From Methanotrichaceae archaeon (lineage in GTDB: Archaea > Halobacteriota > Methanosarcinia > Methanotrichales > Methanotrichaceae): a stretch of DNA of 64,000 bases. Below, piece by piece: positions 38,217 to 48,179 of the stretch. The DNA is taken from contig CAWDLW010000020.1 in assembly GCA_963803145.1 (NCBI GenBank), forward strand, positions 153,515 through 217,514, given 5' to 3'. The notes beneath the pieces are model-generated. The model ran no database searches. It was not told the origin of the DNA and worked only from the letters and a program-made list of their open reading frames with translations. Position 1 is the first letter of the stretch, and each line of letters opens with the position of its first letter. The position numbers were made by a program, and so were the translations under genes.

Positions 38217-39269
38217 ATGGAGCTACCTATCGTAAACCAATGGTTTTTACCTTTGATATTCGCAATTCTAGGTCTAATTGCAGGATTTCTTTTTAAAAAG
38301 ATCATTCTCCCTGCATTAAATAAGTGCTGCAACCTTGCGAAGCATGAGAACCTTGAAGTTGTAGCGGCTGTGTCGAGCCCCTACATCACACCATGGTTCG
38401 CTATCCTTGGATTCTATTTATCAGTGCAGCTTGCACCCATCGAACTGCCTATTAGAAGTATTCTGGTGGAAGCATTGTTCGTGATAGCAGTCGGATCTGT
38501 TATTCTCTTCATCGCGAGGTGCACAGCCGATCTATTCGGACTTTATACGCAGAGGCGGCCAGAAATTTTTCCGAGCACAACCATGTTCAAGAACCTGATT
38601 TATGGATTTGTGGCCGTTGTAGGCATTCTGTTTATCTTTCAATCGCTTGGTTTGAGTATTACACCAATGCTTGCAGCATTAGGGATTGGGGGCATTGCTG
38701 TTGCATTGGCAGTTCAGAATCCGCTTTCCAACTTCTTCTCAGGATTACATATCATAGCCTCGACTCAGGTTCGGCCTGGTGATTACATCAAGCTGGATAC
38801 AGAAGATGAGGGGTTGGTCATGGATATATCTTGGTATAGCACAGTCTTGAGAGCGCCATCCGGTTACGTTATTCTTGTTCCCAACTCTAAGCTCGCTTCA
38901 GCCATAGTCACTAACTATCATATGGAGATCAGAGAGATGGCGTTCTCTGTCAATGCAAAGGTCAGCTACGACAGCGATCTTGAGAAGGTACAGAGGATTG
39001 CTTTGGAGGTGGCCAGTGACGTAATTAAGAGTGTTCCAGGAAGTGTCCCTGAGTTTGAGCCGGTCTTTCTTTTTACTGGATTAAGCGATTCAGGTGTTAA
39101 TTTTTCAGTGGCTTTCAAGGCTATGGATTTCGGGAAGCGGGCTGCATTGACACATGAATTTATAAAGAGATTGTATCTGCGTTTCCAGGCGGAAGGAATT
39201 AATTTGCCCTATCCGATAACTAGCATCAAAATTAGAGATTTAAAACAACAGAATGATGAAAAAAGATAA
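38217..39269 (+). CDS. mscS: Small-conductance mechanosensitive channel (MscS family)
   Basis: LGIGGIAVALAVQ..LSNFFSG, GDYI and VPNS motifs. Confidence 0.9.
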   Translation: MELPIVNQWFLPLIFAILGLIAGFLFKKIILPALNKCCNLAKHENLEVVAAVSSPYITPWFAILGFYLSVQLAPIELPIRSILVEALFVIAVGSVILFIARCTADLFGLYTQRRPEIFPSTTMFKNLIYGFVAVVGILFIFQSLGLSITPMLAALGIGGIAVALAVQNPLSNFFSGLHIIASTQVRPGDYIKLDTEDEGLVMDISWYSTVLRAPSGYVILVPNSKLASAIVTNYHMEIREMAFSVNAKVSYDSDLEKVQRIALEVASDVIKSVPGSVPEFEPVFLFTGLSDSGVNFSVAFKAMDFGKRAALTHEFIKRLYLRFQAEGINLPYPITSIKIRDLKQQNDEKR

Positions 39270-39288
39270 ATGAGTAATGCTACAGATC

Positions 39289-39903
39289 TCAAATGTCAAA
39301 GAAGCGCTCAAGCGTAACCCCATTTTTGTTCTGTTCCACCTCAAGGCCCGCTGAATTGAGAACCTTCTTTGGCATTCGCCTGTGGAAGGCAGATATATCC
39401 TCACGTTCTGGACAGGATTGGCTGGAATAGTAAACCTTCCAGATCTCTTTTACATTTTCTCTGCCCTCTGCCTCTTCTTCAGAAATGCTTAGCTCCGACT
39501 TGATTTCATAAAGCATACTATCCAGACCTTTGCCGACAGATCTCATGACCTTCCCTTCCAGGCATAATGATATCCAGCTCTCTTTGCTATTCCCAAGGAT
39601 AATAATAGTATCATTAAACTTCATTGAAAAGAGATCGCAGATGTAGGCTCCGATCCTGTGCTGTGGCTTTAGATAGCCATAAAGAATATGAGGGCCAAAC
39701 GGCTTCAGCCTGGTGAATCCCTTCAATCTATTGATCTCGTTTAGAACGCTTCTGATCATGCGTCTTATTTGTATTATCCCAGGATCTGTTGAGATATCTA
39801 TCTCCTCTGCCTTAAGCATCCTGGCTCGAAATAGCAATTTTTCAGTGCAGCGCTCATGTGCAGAGAGATAAAAAATGAAGTTCTTTGGGGTCCTCAAGAC
39901 CAC
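39289..39903 (-). CDS. DUF4130 / TIGR03915-like partner of the radical SAM protein
   Basis: RLKGFTRL, IWKVYYSS..PER...RMPKK; overlaps the radical SAM stop. Confidence 0.8.
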   Translation of the reverse strand: MVLRTPKNFIFYLSAHERCTEKLLFRARMLKAEEIDISTDPGIIQIRRMIRSVLNEINRLKGFTRLKPFGPHILYGYLKPQHRIGAYICDLFSMKFNDTIIILGNSKESWISLCLEGKVMRSVGKGLDSMLYEIKSELSISEEEAEGRENVKEIWKVYYSSQSCPEREDISAFHRRMPKKVLNSAGLEVEQNKNGVTLERFFDI

Positions 39904-41093
39904 ATCTCCAGCGTTGTATCTCTCCAGCCATTGATTTTCAGGAAGGGAGCTGCCCTTTTGATTCTGACACCCAAGTGTGCAAGCTCTTCTTTTCCGGAGA
40001 TTCTCTTCTGCCTTCTGAAAGCTATAATTCTCTGAGCGCTTCCAGGTCCAATCCCAGGAACGTGCAGCAACTCGTCATATTTGGCAACGTTGGGATCAAC
40101 TGGTGCATCCATCAGCTCTTTAGCTATCGCCATTTTGGGATCGGAGTCTGATAAAAAGCCGTTCTCATCAAAGGCATATTTTATTTCCCGTGAAGCAAAA
40201 TGGTAGATCCTGTAAAGCCAGTCGACTTGATACAGCCTGTGCTCCCTCCACTTTGGCTGCGGCTCATTTTTCTCGAATGGTGTGCCTTTCTGCGGGCTGA
40301 AAGCGCTGAAGTAGGCGCGCCTGATGTTTAATTCATCATACTCGTAAAGAACCCTTCGAAATATTTCTTCATCGTTTTCTCCAGCGGATCCAACTACAAG
40401 CTGTGTAGTTTGGCCTGCCTGCAGCCCGATTTTATCTGAGAGGTCTCGGATATATCTTTGTCTCTGGATGATATCGTTTTCATAATCCTTTGTTGGACTT
40501 ATCTCTCTCATGTGAGAGGCAGATGGAGCCTCAATGTTTATGCTCAAGCGATCTGAAAGCTCCATCGCCTCCTTGATGTGCGAGAGAGAAGCTCCAGGCA
40601 GAACCTTGAGGTGAATATAGCCTGTAAAGCCGTACTTGAACCGCAGCAGTCTGGCAGTTTCGATCAGCCTTTCCATGATCAGATCTACATCTCTGCCTGC
40701 ACCTGAGCTCAGGAAGAGTCCCTCAATATAATTCGACCTGTAGAGCGATAAGGTTAGACTGGCGAGCTCCTCAGGTGTGTAGGAAAATATCTGCGGTCGA
40801 TCAGCACAGCTGCTGGCATTAATGCAATAGTTGCACTGATGAGAACAGTGGTTGGTATACAAAGTCTTGAAAAGGCTGATGCATCTTCCGTCATGTGTGA
40901 ATGAGTGGCAAATACCAGCAACTGAAGCTTCTCTAGGCGTGGAGGAGGCAGTGCAGATATCGTACCTGGTGCCGGCGCCAAGAGCGTTCAGCTTATCAGT
41001 GTCAATGTTTGGATTGGTATTGACAGCTTCTGGCCCCAGAGAGTCAAAGCTACAGCCAAGCGCCAGATGAGCGATCTTTTCCAGGGAGACCAT
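39894..41093 (-). CDS. Putative DNA modification/repair radical SAM protein (TIGR03916-like) with HhH
   Basis: GICHSFTHDGRCISLFK, CSHQCNYC, REHRLYQ.DWL and LLHVPGIGP motifs. Confidence 0.9.
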   Translation of the reverse strand: MVSLEKIAHLALGCSFDSLGPEAVNTNPNIDTDKLNALGAGTRYDICTASSTPREASVAGICHSFTHDGRCISLFKTLYTNHCSHQCNYCINASSCADRPQIFSYTPEELASLTLSLYRSNYIEGLFLSSGAGRDVDLIMERLIETARLLRFKYGFTGYIHLKVLPGASLSHIKEAMELSDRLSINIEAPSASHMREISPTKDYENDIIQRQRYIRDLSDKIGLQAGQTTQLVVGSAGENDEEIFRRVLYEYDELNIRRAYFSAFSPQKGTPFEKNEPQPKWREHRLYQVDWLYRIYHFASREIKYAFDENGFLSDSDPKMAIAKELMDAPVDPNVAKYDELLHVPGIGPGSAQRIIAFRRQKRISGKEELAHLGVRIKRAAPFLKINGWRDTTLEMWS

Positions 41094-41362
41094 GACATGA
41101 AAAATGATGCGGCCATCGAATAAAAATCAGTAAGTGTGCGGGGTGAAAGTATTCCCAAGCTTGAACATTTTCTTCGAAAACCTTTTGATGTCTCGAGTAC
41201 AATCTTAAATGAACTGCATGTAATGAATGATGCAGCCATCGAATGGATATGAGTTTGTCCAAGGGAGAGCATTCGGATATTGGGAAAGCTTGAAGAAGTA
41301 TAATTATTAATAGTAATATCGCAGAAAATATGAAATACAGATTAGAAAATGCAGTGAACTAG

Positions 41363-41857
41363 GTGGATCGATATATGGATATTATCAAAATGCCCTTCAT
41401 GGAGAAGTCAGAATACGATCGGCTTATTGGAGAGCAATATGTCTGCCGCATCGCCTTCAAGGGCAAAACACATCCATATATTGCACCCTTCCTCTATGTC
41501 TTCGATGGCAGGTTCATGTATTTTCTTTCAACAAAATATGGCAGAAAAGTCGAGTACTTTAAGGATAATCCTTTGGTAGCCGTTGAGGTGGAGAGGTATT
41601 CTTACGATCTCTCAAATTTTAGCTTCGTCTCCCTTTTTGGCCGCCTTATTGAGGTTGAAAATCTAAATGAAAAACAAAGTGTAAGGAAGATGTTTATTGA
41701 AATGATAAGGAGCAGAGGCCTATCTCTCAATGTGCTTTCGGCTTTAGGCCACTCTCCTGATGAGCCTTTGGAATCGATTATTTCGGAGGAAAGAAATATC
41801 ATCTGGAAACTCGTGGAAGTGAAGGAAATAATAGGTTTGAAGGATCCTGGCAGCTAA
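41363..41857 (+). CDS. Pyridoxamine 5'-phosphate oxidase-like FMN-binding protein
   Basis: CRIAF....PYIAP, GRK.EY..DNP.V.VEV and SV...G pattern. Confidence 0.82.
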   Translation: MDRYMDIIKMPFMEKSEYDRLIGEQYVCRIAFKGKTHPYIAPFLYVFDGRFMYFLSTKYGRKVEYFKDNPLVAVEVERYSYDLSNFSFVSLFGRLIEVENLNEKQSVRKMFIEMIRSRGLSLNVLSALGHSPDEPLESIISEERNIIWKLVEVKEIIGLKDPGS

Positions 41858-42589
41858 TGATATAGCGTATCTCATTAATGTCTTTGAGGATAAAGCACCT
41901 AACCAATTGCCAGACTAATATCGGCATCGTTTATAAATATGACCTTCTATTTCTTCTAAATTCGATCCTTCAGCGGATTCACCAGTCCATTATCGATATG
42001 AACAGCGATATTTTCAATCTAGATGGATGTATCATTTCCACCGTATGAGAACTACAGATTGCTATCTTGCCGGTCTATTGCTTCATGCAAAATCTGGCCA
42101 AGCCTGGCTAACCAACATCTTAAACAGATACTATCGAAATTCACCGATTTACTATTAGGCCATATAGACTAAGCACATATTGTACTTAATAATCGCCTTA
42201 GGGTGGCGATTGGGATGAAAAATAGTCCATTATAATTTGGTTTTGCTGTTCACTCACCTGATTTAAATAAAATGGTATGTATAGCAATGAGCAAAAAAGG
42301 AAAGTCTCTATGATTAAGACCAAGAATAGAAATTTATTGTGTTTATACAACCCTTTTAGATTTTTTATGGAATAAATCTCTTTAAAATCCCATACTTTTC
42401 TAATAATACCGTCTTCATTCATCATATATGATGCCTTCAATCGAAGCATGCCATCAAGCATCATAAGGAGGCTCGCCACCAAAGGATACCATAATAATCG
42501 CAAGACATCTAAAAACCGGTCGTGTATGCGTTCCGATGAAATAGTTATATGTTTATAATGATACATTCTTTAAAAGGGATGTATCAAAA

Positions 42590-43006
42590 ATGTCTGATAT
42601 TACATTGTCCGATTACTGGTGCCATCATGAAGGCTGCCAGGATTATGGCATAAACGATAAAGGCAACATAGTGATAAAAGATCACTATGGAAAGAACAAC
42701 CGTGCGCTCTTGAAGTGTAGAACATGTGGTCATTGTTTCAGCGAGACTCGCGGAACAATATTTTTCGGTTTAAGCACATCAGATGAGGAAGTCTTAGATG
42801 TCCTGGCCCAATTGGTAGAAAAAGGCAGTATTCGTGGTGTTGCAAGATCTACAGGTCATGATAAAAATACAATCTGCCGATGGCTCAAAAGGGCAGCGGA
42901 TCATTGCAAAGAGGTCAATGATTACTTCCTGAACCATCTTCATCTTACACAAGTGCAGATAGATGAAATATGGTCATTTTGTAAAAAAACAAAAAAATGT
43001 AAGTAG
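42590..43006 (+). CDS. IS1-family InsA-like Zn-ribbon/HTH protein
   Basis: C....C and CRTC Zn ligands; SIRGVARSTGHDKNTICRW HTH; QIDEIWSF. Confidence 0.88.
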   Translation: MSDITLSDYWCHHEGCQDYGINDKGNIVIKDHYGKNNRALLKCRTCGHCFSETRGTIFFGLSTSDEEVLDVLAQLVEKGSIRGVARSTGHDKNTICRWLKRAADHCKEVNDYFLNHLHLTQVQIDEIWSFCKKTKKCK

Positions 43007-43727
43007 CTATGACTCAAAAGACGTTGGTGACGTATATAGTCTGACAGCAATAAATGCTGAATCAAGGTTACTAATCTGCCATCATGAAGGTGGCCGAACT
43101 ATAGAAGATGCAACTGCCTTATTTAGTGACTTAGAACATAGACGGGCGACAGGCACACCTCTTCCGGTATTCGTTTCCGATGATTGGGATCCATTTTCCA
43201 ATGCCCTCCTTGAAGTCTACGGTGTCAAGGAGACGCCTGAATACAAAGGACTAGGCAGAAAACCAAATCCTATACTTGTTCCTCCTCCTGACCTTAAATA
43301 TGCTCAAATTGTGAAAAATAAAAAGAATGATGAAGTGGTTAACACATTTGAACGGATTGTATATGGTGACCCGAAAGATGTGCTTGAACTGCTTTGCCCA
43401 ACATCGAAAGAACATATCCAGACATCCTACGTCGAACGAATGAATCTCACTTTCAGGAATTATCTGGCCAGGTTTATACGTGAGTCTATGAACTTTAGTA
43501 AAGATAGGCAAATTCATACCGGCGCAATAGACTTTTTCCAAGCTTGGTACAACTTCGTTAAGCCGCATGATTCTTTAAAAATTGAGATAAACCTTGACAT
43601 GGAAGAAGTGGGATTCGCTCTGAATCCTAAAAAATGGATCCCTCGAACGCCTGCGATGGTTGAATTGATTACCGACCATATTTGGACTATGAAGGAGTTA
43701 ATGACTTGGAGGATCCCATTTCAATAG
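42963..43727 (+). CDS. IS1-family InsB-like DDE domain
   Basis: VSDDW, TSYVERMNLTFR..LAR, YNFVKPH and RTPAM motifs. Confidence 0.88.
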   Translation: MKYGHFVKKQKNVSSYDSKDVGDVYSLTAINAESRLLICHHEGGRTIEDATALFSDLEHRRATGTPLPVFVSDDWDPFSNALLEVYGVKETPEYKGLGRKPNPILVPPPDLKYAQIVKNKKNDEVVNTFERIVYGDPKDVLELLCPTSKEHIQTSYVERMNLTFRNYLARFIRESMNFSKDRQIHTGAIDFFQAWYNFVKPHDSLKIEINLDMEEVGFALNPKKWIPRTPAMVELITDHIWTMKELMTWRIPFQ

Positions 43728-44035
43728 GTCACATACACAACCTAAAAACCTAAGTGTAGGGATATAACTGATAATACATACCGCCACGGCTAGACATACA
43801 AAGAATATCGTCATGCTAGAGTTTGCAAATGATTCTCCCGTTCTCTTTTCTTCAATTCGGCAGGCATTTACCGAATTTGATTTTTCATTTTTTATTCTAT
43901 TTAATATATCCTTTATCTCATCAAGCCTAGCTTTCAAAATGCGATTATTTTCCATCGGAATTCCTTTGGCCAAATTTCTCTCTATTTCGACTGTTTTATC
44001 CGATCGCTCATTATCAGCCATTTGTCACCTCCCGC

Positions 44036-44647
44036 TTAATGTTTGACAATAGCAAGTAGAATAGCGTAGAACATACAAATGCAACTAACATCTAAAGATA
44101 ATCTATGAATTAAAAAGTATTTATTATTTTTTGCAATTTTAATTTGTGTTTTTATATTTTTAAATCCAAATTTGAAACATTCTTTTATATCGATGAAATT
44201 GCTTTCATTTATTGTTTGCCTAATTTCTATTTGGCATATCGAGCTTAAAATTAGTAATGCCATTGAAGTTTCAAAAAAAATTAGCACATCGGTATATCGA
44301 ATTATGCCTGGAATTGTCATCAATGTAACGGATGCACTAAGGCCAAAACCGAGTATCAGAGAACCTTCAGTAGATAATTTATCTTTAAATTTTTCAATTT
44401 CATCTTTCTCATTAAATATTCTCTCTAACTTTAGTAATTCACTTTTTATTTCTTCTAGTTCATTTATCTCTAAAGATTCAATTTTATTATTATTATTTCC
44501 TATCGTATCATTATGCAAATTTAAAGTATTGGAAGGCATAAAGGGTCGTCCCTTAATCTTAATGTTTAGGCATATTCTATAAATAAGTATCATATGTGTT
44601 AAGCGGATTTCAGCCCAAGTTCTCAAAGTGCTTGGCTGCATTACCAA
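44036..44647 (-). CDS. AT-rich hypothetical membrane protein
   Basis: Open frame with hydrophobic segments; the true start is probably downstream (MPSNT). Confidence 0.55.
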   Translation of the reverse strand: MVMQPSTLRTWAEIRLTHMILIYRICLNIKIKGRPFMPSNTLNLHNDTIGNNNNKIESLEINELEEIKSELLKLERIFNEKDEIEKFKDKLSTEGSLILGFGLSASVTLMTIPGIIRYTDVLIFFETSMALLILSSICQIEIRQTINESNFIDIKECFKFGFKNIKTQIKIAKNNKYFLIHRLSLDVSCICMFYAILLAIVKH

Positions 44648-44735
44648 GAAGATCCGATTTTCGCTAAGGCAGGAAGCTATGATATATAATAGGCTGATTC
44701 AGCTTTTCCCATATTATGATAACGATATAAGGATA

Positions 44736-45338
44736 TCAGATTTTATTCATCGGCTGTCTGATGATGGTCTTCATTTTCTCAGGTGCAGACCTTCGGGGAT
44801 CGCTCAGGTAAATCTCGTGATGCTTTCCCTGTAGGGCATAGCCATTTTCCCGAATGAAATCGTGAAGCATCTTGATCTTGGGCGCCTCTTCCGAATAGGG
44901 GCCAATATGCATTATCTGAGCCGATAAGCCTTCATGATATGCCTCGAACCTGGGGCTTAGCTTCAAATCCTTCTTTTCCTTAGCTGCATCAATGGCCATC
45001 TGCGCCATCTCTTTGCTGATGAAATCAGGCTGCAATATCATCAGAGTCCATTTCCATGCATCCTTATCTTCAGCGCTGAAGCTGCTCATATCATCCATCC
45101 AGAAGAGGCCCTCAAGAGGCATGACAGTGAAATCGTTCCCTGCTTTCTTGGCATTGAACTTAATGCCGTAGGATGCAGAGTATAATGCCTCCACAGCCGC
45201 CTGGAACTCCGGGCCATTTGGATCGCCTGAGCCGTCAGTCATCAAATACTTCATTTCATGGACATCTAAAGTCTCAACATTCTTGGCTGAAGCGCTGTAA
45301 AGGTGCTTGAGGTCTTTTTTGAGATCGATCTTGGGCAT
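44736..45338 (-). CDS. GyrI-like small-molecule-binding protein
   Basis: KHLY, G.GDPN, PLEGLFW, HIGPYSEE and HHEIYLSDPRR motifs. Confidence 0.88.
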   Translation of the reverse strand: MPKIDLKKDLKHLYSASAKNVETLDVHEMKYLMTDGSGDPNGPEFQAAVEALYSASYGIKFNAKKAGNDFTVMPLEGLFWMDDMSSFSAEDKDAWKWTLMILQPDFISKEMAQMAIDAAKEKKDLKLSPRFEAYHEGLSAQIMHIGPYSEEAPKIKMLHDFIRENGYALQGKHHEIYLSDPRRSAPEKMKTIIRQPMNKI

Positions 45339-45498
45339 AAGAATGAGTTCGACTTTCCATGCTGAAAATAACTTTGGTCAGAAGCAATCGTTCTTGACTT
45401 GCGTTTTGCGTTAATCCTTCTGGGAATTCAAATTATGATGTGTTATCGACGAAAAAATTGTGATAGCAGCTTTAATAGCAGTTCTACCTACATCTGCT

Positions 45499-46620
45499 CT
45501 ACCCACATCTGCCAGGCTCAATCGAATACGGCCTATTCTCTCTCAATGCCCACTCCATATCATCAAGCAGCGGCTTTATATCGCCCGTCTCGTGGAACTT
45601 GCGTGCCATAAGCTCCGCCAGGCTTCCCTGCTCAATTCGCTTTTCAACTATCGGAAGATAGCGTTTTTCCTCTTCAGTTGCTGCATCAAAGGCCGATCTG
45701 TAGATTCTCTCGAGCTCAGGCCGCATTCTCTCTGTTCCATACTTCATTGCATCTTCCAGCAACGCACGAAGCGCTGATTCATCCTCCTCAAGCGTGAGAT
45801 CGCTCCTGAGCAGAGCCAGTAAAAAGGCAGAGATTGCCATATCCGAGCGAAGGCACTCCTGCTCATCCACGGCCTTCAGCTCGAGGCATTTCCGCGAGAA
45901 TCGCACAATCACTCCTCGCGAGTTGACCCATTCATGGCAGAGGATTTCGGCCCCACACCGTCTCAGCTCTTCGTATATGCAATTATTTATTTTCAGATAT
46001 TCATCGACGCCGTTGATCTTTTCAGGCAAGATATTGTTACATATTTGAGGAATATTTCGCTGGTTCTCGCGGTAGTAGACTAAACGGTTATCCATATAGG
46101 ATGTCAGCTTCCCTTCAACAAAAGGCGATGACGCGGACACTGCCACAAGGTATGGAATCAGCGAGCGCATCTTATTGAACATCGAAACCAACTTTTCCTT
46201 ATTTTCATAAGGAATGTTTACCTGGAGTGCCTGTATATTCAGCCAGCCGTGCTGTCGGATATTAAATAACCTGTCGTAAGCCTCGTAGTATTCCTGCTCG
46301 TCGTAGTTCCAGTAGGTAGTCTTATCCAAAGTCAGCAGCGGATGCATCCCCAGGCCCAGAAATTTATACTCATAGTTCAATGCTCTATAAAGACTTCTGA
46401 GCCCTCCATAAAGATTCTCTTCTAAAAATGTAAGGCTGCCAGGCCTGGATGGTATCAGCTCTATTGCATGCTTCTGAAGCTCCTTTGACACCATTATATC
46501 GCTAAACTTGACTTCATCAGTAATTATGCCGCTTATCCTTCTGATTATCTCATCCGAAATTGGAAGCGGATTGAAGTCTTTATCATTTATGGAATACTCG
46601 TGCTCAGTGCCTATTTGCAT
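45499..46620 (-). CDS. Glutamate-cysteine ligase family 2 (GCS2) carboxylate-amine ligase
   Basis: GTEHEY, ELQKHAIEL, GMHP, HGW.N..ALQVN and ASSPF.EG motifs. Confidence 0.88.
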   Translation of the reverse strand: MQIGTEHEYSINDKDFNPLPISDEIIRRISGIITDEVKFSDIMVSKELQKHAIELIPSRPGSLTFLEENLYGGLRSLYRALNYEYKFLGLGMHPLLTLDKTTYWNYDEQEYYEAYDRLFNIRQHGWLNIQALQVNIPYENKEKLVSMFNKMRSLIPYLVAVSASSPFVEGKLTSYMDNRLVYYRENQRNIPQICNNILPEKINGVDEYLKINNCIYEELRRCGAEILCHEWVNSRGVIVRFSRKCLELKAVDEQECLRSDMAISAFLLALLRSDLTLEEDESALRALLEDAMKYGTERMRPELERIYRSAFDAATEEEKRYLPIVEKRIEQGSLAELMARKFHETGDIKPLLDDMEWALRENRPYSIEPGRCG

Positions 46621-47132
46621 AAAGGCCGATCCTTGAGCCTTATCTCCATCACCAGCTCAGTTTCCGGCTCCTCGATCTTCAGTATCTCAGCCAGCTCCTC
46701 CTTGGGGACCTTTTTTACAAGTTCGATTATCTTTTCCACGGCTGCCTCGAAGAGTCCGTCATAGACCTCTTTATTCTCCTTCAGAAGCCTGACCATAGGG
46801 CAAATATTCTCCTTTTTCAGATAGATTTCAAGGATCGAGCCTTTCATGTCAAAGGTGAACGGCCCTGCCACACATGTCTCAGGCTTGATTGAATGAATGC
46901 TGCATTTTCCGTTCTGAAACATCACGCAGAAGCCGTCAGGCTTTAGCTTCAGCCTCTTATATCCATCGAAGTCTATATCATCTCGGCTTGCTCCATTCGA
47001 GAGCAGAATCTCTATTCTCTCAGAGGTTAAAGGCGGCCTGGCCTCAAAGCAGCAGCCTCCGATTAGCTGGCACTCATTGCAGGCTCTACTCAAAGCATTG
47101 CATAAAGAAGCGTCCATAAGCATAAGCTCCAA
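46611..47132 (-). CDS. YkgJ-family (CxxCxxxxCC) cysteine-cluster protein
   Basis: CNECQLIGGCC...CVMF....CSIH..KPETC..GPF. Confidence 0.85.
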   Translation of the reverse strand: MELMLMDASLCNALSRACNECQLIGGCCFEARPPLTSERIEILLSNGASRDDIDFDGYKRLKLKPDGFCVMFQNGKCSIHSIKPETCVAGPFTFDMKGSILEIYLKKENICPMVRLLKENKEVYDGLFEAAVEKIIELVKKVPKEELAEILKIEEPETELVMEIRLKDRPLCK

Positions 47133-47150
47133 TCAAAAAATGTGATGAAT

Positions 47151-48179
47151 CTACTTCTCACAAAAGTCTATTTTGTAAGAGTAGACTTCGTTCTCTATAT
47201 TGGCACCGGCCTCATCCTGAACGATGATAGGCATGACGCCAAGTCCATATTCGCCCTCAAAGCCATATGGGCCATAGGTCTGAAGCTCGTCCGTTTCAGG
47301 AAGCGTATCGCCTGTCATCAGATATGAGATTATGCGCCTGAACATATCTGGGTAATGCGTATCCTCGCCACCCTCAAGCGAAGGGTTATCGTTGACCTCG
47401 ATCACATAGAGCTTTCCATTGCTCTCCTTTATATCGACGCCATACAGACCATTGCCTATCGCCTTTCCGGCAGCAATACCAAGTTCTACGACTTCAGGGG
47501 GAACCTGATCTGCAGGCACGCTCTCAACATCGCAGTAGACTATGTGTCCATTCACAGATGCCTGGATCTTGAAGGTCTCTGAGGGGATAATATACCTGCA
47601 TGCGTACAGCAGCTCGTCGTTCAGAACTCCAATTCTCCAGTCGAACCTGCTTTCGATATACTCCTGAATCGCAATCCAATCCGAGAGCTTGAAGAACCTG
47701 CGGGAAACCTTTAGGAACTCCGATACAGCTGCGACCTTCTCTACTCTGGCCGAGAAGGACGTGGAAGGCTCCTTCAGCACGAGCGGTGATCCAAGCTCCT
47801 CGAATATTTGCCTGGCACTTTCAGCACTCAGATCCTTCTGACTCAGAAACTGTGTCTTTGGCATTGCGATATCCTTCTTCATCAGATGCATGTACATGTT
47901 GATTTTGTCTGCACATACCTGGATTGAGTGCGGGTCGTCTATTACAGGTACACCATACAGGCTGGCAATCTTTGCTGCTACGTAGGTCGTGTTCATGGGG
48001 TCTGTGTGAGCCCTGATGAACAGCGCATCCAGCTTAGGTATTTTCTTAATATCCACTGGAAAGATAAACTCAACCGTATGGCCCATGCTCTCGGCTACAT
48101 CCCTGCATTTTACAAGGGCTGTAAGCTCTTCAGAGCTGCTTAAGGTCTGTCTATTGACAAAGATCCCTAATTTACTCAA
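47151..48179 (-). CDS. RimK-family ATP-grasp ligase
   Basis: VIDDP.SI..C.DK, PLVLK.P..SFS, QEYI...FDWRIG and YGVDIK...VIEVNDNP motifs. Confidence 0.9.
   Translation of the reverse strand: MSKLGIFVNRQTLSSSEELTALVKCRDVAESMGHTVEFIFPVDIKKIPKLDALFIRAHTDPMNTTYVAAKIASLYGVPVIDDPHSIQVCADKINMYMHLMKKDIAMPKTQFLSQKDLSAESARQIFEELGSPLVLKEPSTSFSARVEKVAAVSEFLKVSRRFFKLSDWIAIQEYIESRFDWRIGVLNDELLYACRYIIPSETFKIQASVNGHIVYCDVESVPADQVPPEVVELGIAAGKAIGNGLYGVDIKESNGKLYVIEVNDNPSLEGGEDTHYPDMFRRIISYLMTGDTLPETDELQTYGPYGFEGEYGLGVMPIIVQDEAGANIENEVYSYKIDFCEK

Larger units (their letters stand above)
42518..43742 (+). mobile_element. IS1-family element, copy 1 (1225 bp)
   Basis: TIRs GGTCGTGTATGCG / CACATACACAACC; 8-bp TSD TAAAAACC at 42510-42517 and 43743-43750. 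Confidence 0.93.
42198..44021 (-). pseudogene. Hypothetical membrane protein split by IS1-family copy 1
   Basis: Removing the IS and one TSD joins ...YIPTLRFL to DVLRLLWYP... in frame. Confidence 0.85.
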
